Assembly: GCA_950097015.1 (NCBI GenBank)
Contig: CATNEN010000003.1
Coordinates: 7,688,001-7,752,000 of the forward strand
DNA length: 64,000 nt
Origin: Macrostomum hystrix
Taxonomy: Eukaryota; Animalia; Platyhelminthes
Reading direction: 5' to 3'
Part shown: piece by piece, positions 12,001-21,600 of the stretch
Layout: every line of letters starts with the position of its first letter
Position numbering within the stretch: the stretch's first letter is position 1
Position numbers and translations under genes: made by a program
The notes under the pieces: model-generated
Seen by the model: only the letters and a program-made list of their open reading frames with translations
What the model was told of the DNA's origin: nothing
Database searches by the model: none

Positions 12001-13885
12001 TCACATTCGGCGGCGCTAAACGCACCGGCGTTGTAAAAGTTCCCGGCAGAGCTAGACGGCTGTTTCCTATTGGCCGGCGGATTCATTGCAGTCCGTTAGT
12101 GACCGAATCGGAGAACACTTCTAGCGACTCGCGCACTAGACTGTATCGACTAGAAGAACCTATTCCAACGGCTGGTAAGAAACGCCCTCATGGTGAAAAC
12201 AACGACGAGGCCATTGCTGAAGCCGGAGCTTCTTACAAGATTAAGCGTCGACGTTTAAAATTGACAAAATCGGCTGCCAACGATATTGTCACGCAGACTG
12301 ATTTAGTCAATGGAGTGCTTGTTGTCACGCACAACGATCCGATTATTCAGAAGCCAAACAAATTAGTAGTTTCAAATATCTATTCGCCATTGAAACTTGA
12401 CGAAGCTGACGAGAATCTGAATGAAGGCGACATCGTTGACTCCGTCGACCATGGCGACCATGGCGAGAAGGCTACTAGCAAACGCAATCGACGTCAAGGC
12501 GAGACCACTAGGCAAGAATTTGAAAGTTTAGTTTCCAGGGAGCCAGGCAATCCGTCTCATTGGACAGATTACGCGCGTTACCATAGCGACGCTGAAGAAT
12601 TTGACGCCGCCAGATCTGTTATCGAACGCGGCCTAGTTGCCGTTGGTAAATTGGGAGCCGGCGACACTTCAGACGCTGGTAGGCGTCAACTGTACCGATC
12701 GCTACTGCTTCTAGAAGCTAAAGCTGTTGGCAATGCTACTGCGGATACTGATCCGGACTCGCTTGATAGACTCATTCAAGCTACTCATCGCGCCTGCCAG
12801 TTGCAAGATCCGGCACTTTGCCGACTAGCCGCCACCACTCTGTTAGACTGCGGCGAGGGCGACAAAGCGGAAACTGTTGCCGTGAAATTGAGGCGAGCCA
12901 GGCCCGACTGTCCGAAGGCGTGGCGACTGCAATTGGAGGTTGGGAAAATCTGAATGTGTTGACTAATATAAGTACGAGATATAGAAATTACTAGTGGGCC
13001 AACGGGCACGTCATTTGGTGACATTAGATCCGCAGCCAGCGAGGAGGCAATTCCATTTCGCTGACTCCTGAGCACATACTCACACAGTTGTGTACATCTG
13101 CCTAGACTTTCTCATCGTCAGGCAGTGTACACTCTCACTGTGCCTTGGATGTTTGGCCCTGAAGGGCGTAAATTGCACGACAAGCCCCCCAAGCCTTCTC
13201 TCTGCGGCTGCGCCCCAAATGAAATGTGGCCTCGCCGCGGAATCGAGCTCCGGGACCTGACCCCCAAACTGTACAGATGCAGCCTGTACAGATGCAGCCT
13301 GTATAGATACAACCTGTACAGGTACGACCTGTACAGATACAACCGGTACACTCGTATTTATCCCATGTTTAAAGCGCATTTATCCCCATTCCCAATGCAT
13401 CCCAGGTGAAGCTTCGCCGCGGTCGCAACGACGATGCCAAGCGTCTGCTATTCGACCAGGCCTTATCATCTCTACCCAAGCGGCATCATCTCGGCCTGTT
13501 GAGCGGCTTCGCCGAGTTAGCCTTCCGTCACGGTCGCCGCTCCGACGGTGTGGCCACATTTGAGAGTCTACTCAAATCGCATCCGAATCGTCCGGAGCTC
13601 TACCTACTGTACGGTCGCTGCCTGCTGTCAAATGAGGGCGGCATGGGCGGCGGCGGTTTGAGCGCGGCTAAAGATCTTCTGGATCGTGCTAAAACTGTAC
13701 TGCCAGTAGATAATAAACAGCTGCTAGCTCTTGACGAGCTTATTGGCAAAGCTACGGCTAGCGCTGATGACCGCAAAGCAAGAACCGATGCTGCTGCCGC
13801 TGCTGTTGCAGCCACTTCAGAGTCTACCTTTGCCAAGTCGTCTGCCCTGATGATTGACGACAATGATTTCAACCTGATGGAATGA
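1..13885 (+). CDS. PDCD11: RRP5/PDCD11 homolog (S1-repeat + C-terminal HAT-repeat ribosome biogenesis factor), 5'-truncated by the window; exons 1-123, 986-1228, 1682-1981, 2664-2962, 3050-3235, 10514-10925, 11640-12938, 13406-13885
   Basis: Exons 1+2 read GCFVQLPSGYRGLAP...FSTGQTVVAK|VLEKNAEKRRCLLSLR, an S1 repeat closely like PDCD11. FESLVSREPGNPSHWTDYARYH...ARSVIERGL and LPKRHHLGLLSGFAELAFRHG match the RRP5 HAT region. All listed junctions are GT-AG and phase-consistent. Confidence 0.85.
160..870. repeat. 24-bp intronic minisatellite (TTGACAATTCTCCACTCTCCCCAT)
   Basis: Tandem copies visible directly, degenerate at the edges. Confidence 0.9.
1250..1625. repeat. Degenerate ~19-20-bp tandem repeat (GCACTTTTTAGTACTCTT-like)
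   Basis: Recurring gcactt/tagtact motif in an RRP5 intron. Confidence 0.65.
2100..2470. repeat. 24-bp minisatellite (TAGGCTACCTTGCTCTCTACCAAT)
   Basis: Tandem copies visible. Confidence 0.85.
3268..3990. repeat. 30-bp minisatellite, left half (TGATTGACATTTGACTCACTAGATGATTGT)
   Basis: Tandem units, interrupted at 3991 by a transposon. Confidence 0.95.
4228..5660 (+). repeat. Left subterminal array of the transposon, 24-bp unit GGCCCATATTGGCCCACATATACT with 12-bp GCCACATATACT inserts
   Basis: Tandem array visible directly. Confidence 0.95.
5684..7957 (+). CDS. Transposon-borne coiled-coil + BEN-domain protein, predicted ~605 aa; exons 5684-5687, 5819-6222, 6350-7552, 7751-7957
   Basis: CAG|GTGAGC (6223) to TTCTCAG| (6349) and GAC|GTAAGC (7553) to CACACAG| (7750) join three open frames in phase. 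The C-terminal LRTLFRGVLTVADFSGSSWEG...RPGLDETKKRAIRAYL...LLGSVFRRTARTQR fits the BEN pattern, with CxxC + coiled coil upstream. The 4-nt first exon is tentative. Confidence 0.65.
8111..8584 (+). CDS. CtIP/Sae2 (RBBP8) C-terminal-domain-like ORF inside the transposon; frame open 8111-8584 but no in-frame ATG ahead of the domain
   Basis: VCRRKEDRLELQAHCCPDCEAWFADLSPESRRKRLQVAGRHR...FWAIEMPPTP aligns motif for motif with the CtIP C-terminus (VRKKEERRKL.GH.CxxC.YYAD...RHR...FWEVGFPST). Confidence 0.7.
   Translation, partial: CGDDGSETQGPGECGDDGSEAAGPRDGVRRHALGGIFEGKTAAEIRADYNRLPERSSGPACVHVCRRKEDRLELQAHCCPDCEAWFADLSPESRRKRLQVAGRHRSNQPKIRTGDAQFWAIEMPPTPPEAPIEAMKSLPRRKRPLRDLSAAEAKKKT
8886..9700 (-). 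repeat. Right subterminal array (reverse complement of the left 24-bp unit), followed by a GGGCCGCCGTGTATGGGCCTGTAT variant block
   Basis: AGTATATGTGGGCCAATATGGGCC units are the reverse complement of the left array. Confidence 0.95.
9836..10410. repeat. 30-bp minisatellite, right half (variant ...CTAGATCAGTAT...)
   Basis: Continues in register after the TSD. Confidence 0.95.
11095..11560. repeat. Four spaced degenerate copies of AGGGTTTCCCAA...TTTCTAAAAATAGC
   Basis: Motif recurs near 11104, 11306, 11426 and 11526. Confidence 0.55.
12990..13260 (-). mobile_element. tRNA-derived SINE-like fragment, family B (5'-truncated)
   Basis: Shares AAGGGCGTAAATTGCAC and CCTCGCCGCGGAATCGAGCTC.GGGACCT with 37102-37205. 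The minus strand gives a B-box-like GAGCTCGATTCC. Confidence 0.5.
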
Positions 13886-14234
13886 GTTTTTTTCCCTGTT
13901 CAGTTTGGCACTTGAAGCATTTGTTGACAATTTATCAAATAAGTTTAAGTCGACGCACTTTCTCTTCCATCTTCTTGATGAGCACTCGAAATTGCATCAA
14001 GGGGTGCAATTAAATTCTGGCCGCATTAAAAAGTGAAGTGAAGCTTTCTTTCTTTTGGAAGTTGTTACTCTGGTCTTTTTATTTTTGCGCTTGGGATTAA
14101 AATAGTACTAGGTTCCGGTTAACGCATTGATCCGCAAATAGTCATATCCCTTGTGCTTACTAATTCTACTGCTTATCCGCCGTTTAACAATTCATCAGTT
14201 TAATGTTAATCCGATTTCAAATGTCAATCGATAA

Positions 14235-14690
14235 ACTGTCCTCTAATCCTTCAGCATTTTATCGCTAATCTGTCCTCTAATCCTTCAGCCCAGCCTTTTA
14301 TCGCTAATCTGTCCTCTAATCCTTCAGCATTTTATCGCTAATCTGTCCTCTAATCCTTCAGCATTTAATCGCTAATCTGTCCTCTAATCCTTCAGCATTT
14401 AATCGCTAATCTGTCCTCTAATCCTTCAGCATTTTATCGCTAATCTGTCCTCTAATCCTTCAGCATTTAATCGCTAATCTGTCCTCTAATCCTTCAGCCT
14501 TTTATCGCTAATCTGTCCTCTAATCCTTCAGCATTTTATCGCTAATCTGTCCTCTAATCCTTCAGCATTTAATCGCTAATCTGTCCTCTAATCCTTCAGC
14601 CTTTTATCGCTAATCTGTCCTCTAATCCTTCAGCCTTTTATCGCTAATCTGTCCTCTAATCATTCAGCATCTAATCGCTAATCCATCCCT
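14235..14690. repeat. 34-bp minisatellite (CTAATCTGTCCTCTAATCCTTCAGCATTTTATCG)
   Basis: Tandem copies. Confidence 0.9.
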
Positions 14691-14929
14691 AAACCCTTAA
14701 CCGGCCTTAAGCATCGAACTGCTAATTGATTTCGTTTTTTCAGCAGTGCTTATTTTTTTTAGTTTCAATTTGCAATATCCCTTTTATTTTTTCAAAGTCA
14801 AACAAATTTTCCGCATGCTTTCAATTAGCCAATCTGTACTTTTTAATTTCAGCACGCACACTGGTATTAAGTGAGCAATCTCAAACGATTTGACAAAGAC
14901 TATCCAGCAGGGCAGCCAAGAGCAAGACA

Positions 14930-15700
14930 ATGAACTTCATTTTCGGCAAAAATAATAAAACCTTCAGACCGAAGAAGAGCATTCAGGAGGGCACTCATCA
15001 GTACGATCTGTTGCAGAAGGCAGCCAAGACTTTAGGCAGTGGCGATTTAAGACTAGCCGTCCGCTTACCCGAAGGCGAAGATGTTAACGAGTGGATAGCC
15101 GTGAATACTGTTGATTTCTTCAATCAGATTCACATGCTGTACGGTACGCTGACCGAATTTTGTACAGAACAAGTCTGTCCGGTGATGTCCGCCGGTCCTA
15201 AATACGAATATCACTGGGCCGACGGTGAGAAGATTAAGAAGCCGATTAAATGCGCCGCGCCTAGATATATTGACTATCTGCTGACTTGGGTCCAGACTCA
15301 ACTAGACGATGAGACGCTGTTTCCTTCCAAGATCAATGTGCCATTCCCTAAGAACTTCCTGTCAACGGCAAAGACTATCTTAAAGAAATTATTCAGAATC
15401 TACGCCCACATCTATCATCAGCACTTCAAGGAGGTGTGCGAGCTCAAGGAGGAAGCTCACCTGAACACTTCCTTTAAACATTTCATCTATTTTGTGCAGG
15501 AATTCAATTTAGTTGAACGCAAAGAACTGGCGCCGCTGCAAGAGTTCATTGATCGGCTGACTAATCGAGATAATAATCGTGCGGCTGCGGCTGCGGCTGT
15601 TGCAAGTGCTGCTAGCGCGGCCACTGGCCCCTCCGGAGCCGTTGGTAGTACCGGCGATCAACAGCAACAACAGCAGCAGCATATGTCGCAGACAAGATAA
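14930..15700 (+). CDS. MOB1: MOB kinase activator 1 (Hippo/NDR-LATS co-activator), single coding exon, 256 aa
   Basis: Near-identical to MOB1A/B (KTFRPKK, TLGSGDLRLAVRLPEGED.NEWIAVNTVDFFNQ, CPVMSAGPKYEYHWADG, AHIYHQHF, EAHLNTSFKHF), with an Ala/Gln-rich C-terminal extension. Confidence 0.97.
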   Translation: MNFIFGKNNKTFRPKKSIQEGTHQYDLLQKAAKTLGSGDLRLAVRLPEGEDVNEWIAVNTVDFFNQIHMLYGTLTEFCTEQVCPVMSAGPKYEYHWADGEKIKKPIKCAAPRYIDYLLTWVQTQLDDETLFPSKINVPFPKNFLSTAKTILKKLFRIYAHIYHQHFKEVCELKEEAHLNTSFKHFIYFVQEFNLVERKELAPLQEFIDRLTNRDNNRAAAAAAVASAASAATGPSGAVGSTGDQQQQQQQHMSQTR

Positions 15701-15889
15701 AATCTGACTTTTAAGTTTAACTTTTCAGATTACAGTTTTGTTTAAATTAAAATTAATTTGTTCAAAAACGCGTTTAAATATCTAGAAATCAGATAAATGC
15801 TCCTAGACTCTCTTCTCTCATTTACTCCTATTATTTTCTCTTCTAAGCTCTTATATTCTTCTCTCCTCTACTATCTTCTCATCTCCTCT

Positions 15890-16400
15890 TCTCTCCTCTC
15901 CTCTTAAATCCTACCCTCTCCTCTCCTCTCCAATCCTACCTTCTCCTCTCCTCTCCAATCCTACCCTCTCCTCTCCTCTACAATCCTACCCTCTCCTCTC
16001 CTCTCCAATCCTACCTTCTCCTCTCCTCTCCAATCCTACCCTCTCCTCTCCTCTCCAATCCTACCCTCTCCTCTCCTCTCCAATCCTACCTTCTCCTCTC
16101 CTCTCCAATCCTACCCTCTCCTCTCCTCTCCAATCCTACCCTCTCCTCTCCTCTCCAATCCTACCCTCTCCTCTCCTCTCCAATCCTACCCTCTCCTCTC
16201 CTCTCCAATCCTACCTTCTCCTCTCCTCTCCAATCCTACCTTCTCCTCTCCTCTCCAATCCTACCCTCTCCTCTCCTCTCCAATCCTACCCTCTCCTCTC
16301 CTCTCCAATCCTACCCTCTCCTCTCCTCTCTAATCCTACCCTCTCCTCTCCTCTCCAATCCTACCCTATCCTCTGCTCTCCTCTCCTCTCTACTCCTCCC
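15890..16400. repeat. 25-bp pyrimidine-rich minisatellite (CTCTCCTCTCCTCTCCAATCCTACC)
   Basis: Tandem copies. Confidence 0.9.
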
Positions 16401-17519
16401 GTCTTCTCTCATTTTATTCTAGATAAATTGGCAGATAAATTTGTTAAAGGAATACATATCACTTGTCTACTTGCATATCGAAGTTCTTATAATTGTAACT
16501 AGAACACACAAAATAATCCATTCTAATCTAATTTGGGTTCAAATAGTTTTTTTATAATTCTGTTTTGTGAGACACAACTCGAAAATTGATATTATTTTTT
16601 TAATTAACCCACTTTCGTTTTCTGTTATTTACATAATAGGATGAGTTAGATCTGGTTATTGCTTTGCACTATAGTCTATATCGTATTCCCTTTCCATTAC
16701 TTTTTCTCTTTTGTCTTGCATCACATAACTAAGCTGCTAGATTTTTACGAATAAATGAAGCATTATTATTTTTTATTACTGTTCCATTCAGTACATATGT
16801 ACTTTAGAAATCATATTTTAACTTTCTTCTAACGTTTGTCAGCTCAAATTGAATTTGAAAAAATGTTCGCCTTTCACAAAATAATTTTTCTCATTTTTCT
16901 ATTTTTGTTTTAGTCATCTGTTAATTTTTGTTTAAATTTTTTGCTTAGCTTGTCCAATCTAAAAAAGGTTCATTCTTAATAGAGTAGTAAGCCTCATAAA
17001 ACTTATTTTGCTTATGTTCTCCACTCTTTCTCCCATCTAACCTCTTCCCTATCCACTCTCTCATCCCTTCTCACCTCTTCTCCTTTCTAATAAGCTGTTT
17101 AAGCATTAGATTATCATATTCTTCTTGATTATTCTAGGATTTAAAGCCTTTAAAAATCCTTGCTGCTTTCATTGTTCGGCATTATAATTATTTAACTAAT
17201 ATATTATATCATTACTTTAAGTAGCTGATTATGTGTTAATTTGATTGACTTTATTTTCTTTATATTCACAAAACCCTGTGGTTTGTTTTAGATGCTAGAC
17301 ATGCCATGCCATTAATGGTTTTGTGTGTTTTAACTTTATCTGCGATTTTTTTAAACTAAAAAGTCATTTTGTAATGCGAAGTCAGTTAACGATTGGCTTT
17401 GTAATATAGTCATGTAGAACTTGTTAAAAACATTTATTTTTGCTTATCTGTTTATTATTTTCTTAAGACACTACTTCAAGTAGGCTTAGTAGGTTTGAAC
17501 AAATATTGATCTGTGGCGC

Positions 17520-18025
17520 TCAAGGGCAAGTGCACTCTGTGGCAGCCACTTGCAAGCCGCTCTGCGCGCCGACTTTTCACACCACCCCACATCTGCACGC
17601 GGCCAACCCCGGGGGTTAGGGGTGGGCGCCACCCCTCCCTGGTGTGGCGTGTTTGGGCGGAGTGACCTTGACTTTTTACCGCTTGTTTACGCGCGCTGAC
17701 CGTATAAGACTTGTTTGCGTGCGCCTCCTTCTGTTTTATACTGCGTGCTAGCTACTGCGTGCGAAGTGTAAATTTGCAGAGAGCAAAGCGATACGCGGAA
17801 AAGGATAAAACAGAAGGAGGCGCACGCAAACAAGTCTTATACGGCCAGCGCGTAAACAAGCGGTAAAAAGTCAAGGTCACTCCGCCCTTGGTCAACACGC
17901 CACACCGGGGAGGGGTGGCGCCCACCCCTAACCCGGGGTTGGCCGCGTGCAGACGTGGGGTGGTGTGAAAAGTTGGCGGGCAGAGCGGCTTGCAAGTGGC
18001 TGCCACAGAGTGCACTTGCCCTTGA
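17520..18025. mobile_element. Fold-back/MITE-like element with ~220-bp inverted arms
   Basis: 17520-17739 is the near-perfect reverse complement of 17805-18025 (TCAAGGGCAAGTGCACTCTGTGGCAGCC...GGCTGCCACAGAGTGCACTTGCCCTTGA), with a 65-nt spacer. GC-rich island in AT-rich DNA. Confidence 0.8.
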
Positions 18026-18605
18026 CCGGCACAATACTTTATATGTATGACATAATCACATAATCAGCTTACTAATATATGCTCACACCAAATTTTATTG
18101 TGTGATATTTTGTCTTAGGTTATTTTTCATTTTCAAAATTTATTGAAGCTTTTGTTTTAAGACACTGCAAATCATATTCAACCAAGTTTCTACCTTTGTC
18201 TATGGTAAAACACGGTTTTAGCCATAGACAATAATTGTAAAAGACTCAATCAGATTAGTCGTGTCTTAAACTAAACGTTCAACTTCTTAATAAAAAACGG
18301 TTCTTATATTAAATTAAGTGAATACCAATATGAAAAGCGAGGGGCCAATTTTTATCAACGTTTTTTTCGTTTCGTTTAGTATTCAAAGATGCTTGTACTT
18401 TGATTTTGAATGTAATAAAAACTATAGCTACTATATGGCATATTTAATGTGTCAAATTTTTTACTGCGCACTGAAAAAAATACTCGTAGTTTCACTCAGT
18501 TTTTTATTTTTAATTTTATTTTGTGTTTTTTTATTTTATTTAATTATTTACATATGCTACTTATAAGTAGATAACGTTGAATTTTCGCATTTCAGATAGT
18601 TTTAC

Positions 18606-21600
18606 ATGATCCAAACCGGTGATCAGACAGGTGTCACTAAGGCATCCCGGGATGCGACCGATTGTCTGTCTCGCCTATCAATTTTCGGCATGACCTGTCA
18701 ATCATGCGTTTCAAGCATCACCGATAAGTTGTTGCGCGGCACGCCCGGTGTTACCATGGCAACCGTTAGTCTGGCTCGTAACGAAGCCTGGGTAGTGCAT
18801 GATCCCACTGTCTGTCCGATAGAAAACATTGCCAACAGCATCGAAGATATGGGATTCGAATGCCAGCCAGCTGTTAGTAACTATGCGGACGGAGATGTTA
18901 CACGAACATTGGTTCGAGTCATCGGCATGACGTGCGGCAGTTGCGTTAACAATATTGAAAAGGCCTCAGCAAATCAAACCGGCGTTCTCATTGTCTCCGT
19001 GTCACTGGAACAATCTCTAGCCATTGTTTATCACGCTTCAAGTTTAATCTCGGCCGCTGATGTGGTTGAAGCCATAGACAATTGCGGATTTGAGGCCAGC
19101 CTTATGAATAGTTTGCCAGTTATTGATGCGTCTGCTCCTACTGGCAGTAGTAAGGTTCAGTTATCGTCTGTTCGCCTCCTAGTCGAAGGCATGACCTGTC
19201 AGTCGTGCGTGAAAAATATTGAAAATTGTTTAAAATCTCGACCTGGCGTAGTCACCGTTCGCGTCTCGCTAGACGATAAATCGGCTTGGATAGAATTCGA
19301 TGCCTCTAGAATCAACCCTAGCGAGGTGCGAAGCTGCATAGAAGATGCTGGATTTGATGTGCATCTGCCAGCGAGTGACGTCACCACTGCATCTGCTGCT
19401 TCTAACGCAGGTTCTAGTGCCACTGCTCCTGTTACTGTCAGAGGTAAAGTGTTTTTTAAAACGTTGGGGGGTGCCAGTAAAATGGGTCATAACTAGTTTT
19501 CTCTTGGCGAAAGATTCGAACTTCAGACGTCAGGCGATATTTTTAAACTAATCAATTCACATTAAAAAAACATTGTGTCCTTAGTTTCAGTCAAGTTTGA
19601 GTTCATCGAGTTTAAGTGTTTGTAGCCTAGTCATTAGAGCGTCGGACTCAAGACTAAAAGGTCGGGGGTTCGATTCCTGACTCCGCTGTAACAATTTGTG
19701 TCCCTTTTAATAATAATAATAATTGATTAAGCCTGTCACAATTGGGCCAGATGTGCAGCCGACAGCACAGCCGCAGCTATTGCGCGGCGCATTTGAGGGC
19801 TGCGTACAGCTGTTCAGTCCATGGACAGGGGGGACGCCACACCCACCCTCAATTACCCCAGCTGATGCTGGTACCCATTTTACAGCTGGGTGAGCTGAAG
19901 CAATGTTCCAGGAATCGAACCCCCGACCTTCATTTTTAACTAGGCTACAACACGCCTATGGTACCAGCATGGGTCCATGGACTGTACTTTCAGCCATAGA
20001 CAAGTTTTATGTATTGTTAATAAAATTATAACGTGCCCTTAACTACCGCCAATTAACAGCGCCTGTGTCTGCAGCTTGGCCTGGACAGGAGGTTCATCAA
20101 CCGCAAATTAATACAGCCAATCAAGCTGCTACAGATTTTACTAATGATTCAGTGGATCTAACCATCCTCGGCATGACCTGCGTCAGTTGTGTGCGAACTG
20201 TCGAATCGCAATTGCAAGCCCTCTCTGGCGTCCATTGCGTTGATGTCTCCTTAGAAAAGAATCGCGGTCGCGTTGTATTCGATGGCAGTTTAATCAACAT
20301 TCCTAAGCTGATTGGTCGAATCTCTGAATTAGGCTATTCTGCCGAGATATTCACCGAGACTGATGCTAAAACTAAAGTACAATCTAACAAAAATTCTGCG
20401 CCAAAATTGTTAGCCAATTCCGAATTCAAAATCTACGGCATGCACTGCAAGTCCTGCGTCTACAAAATTGAAAGCCACTTTAAAGACAATGTGCCAGCTG
20501 TTACTGCGGCTAAAGTGGACTTGGAAAGCGAAATGGGGCGCTTTGTGTATGATCCCAGTAGATACAGTGAGAAGGATTTAAGAAATCAAGTAAGTTTTAC
20601 CTGCTATGATAAGTTACCTTTGCTAATAACACTTTTTTGTTAATTTTCTTAGTTAGCCTATCGATTTTGGGTTTGATTGATTATCCTATAGATTTTGAGT
20701 TTGATTGATTATCCTATTGATTTTGAGTTTGATTGATTATCCTATTGATTTCGAGTTTGATTGATTATCCTATTGATTTTGAGTTTGATTGATTATCCTA
20801 TTGATTTTGAGTTTGATTTATTATCCTATTGATTTTGAGTTTGATTGATTATCCTATTGATTTTGAGTTTGATTGATTATCCTATTGATTTTGAGTTTGA
20901 TTGATTATCCTATTGATTTTGAGTTTGATTGCTTATCCTATTGATTTTGAGTTTGATTGATTATCCTATTGATTTTGAGTTTGATTGATTATCCTATTGA
21001 TTTTGAGTTTGATTGATTATCCTATTGATTTTGAGTTTGATTGATTATCCTATTGATTTTGAGTTTGATTTATTATCCTATTGATTTTGAGTTTGATTGA
21101 TTATCCTATTGATTTTGAGTTTGATTGATTATCCTATTGATTTTGAGTTTGATTGATTATCCTATTGATTTCGAGTTTGATTGATTATCCTATTGATTTT
21201 GAGTTTGATTGATTATCCTATTGATTTTGAGTTTGATTGCTTATCAAATCGATTTAGAGTCCAATTGATAATCTAATGGATTTAGGGTCCAATTGATAAT
21301 CTAATGGATTTAGGGTCCAGTTGATAATCTAATGGATTTAGGGTCCAATTGATAATCTAATGGATTTAGGGTCCAATTTATAATCTAATGGATTTAGGGT
21401 CCAATTGATAATCTAATGGATTTAGGGTCCAATTGATAATCTAATGGATTTAGGGTCCAGTTGATAATATAATGGATTTAGGGTCCAATTGATATTCTAA
21501 TGAATTTAGGGTCCAATTGATAATCTAATGGATTTAGGGTCCAATTTATAATCTAATGGATTTAGGGTCCCATTGATATTCTAATGAATTTAGGGTCCAA

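Noticed and set aside
19615-19690. Possible tRNA genes (also 31820-31890 and 37140-37207)
   Set aside because: Anticodon and acceptor stems pair poorly, and each continues into a shared SINE body
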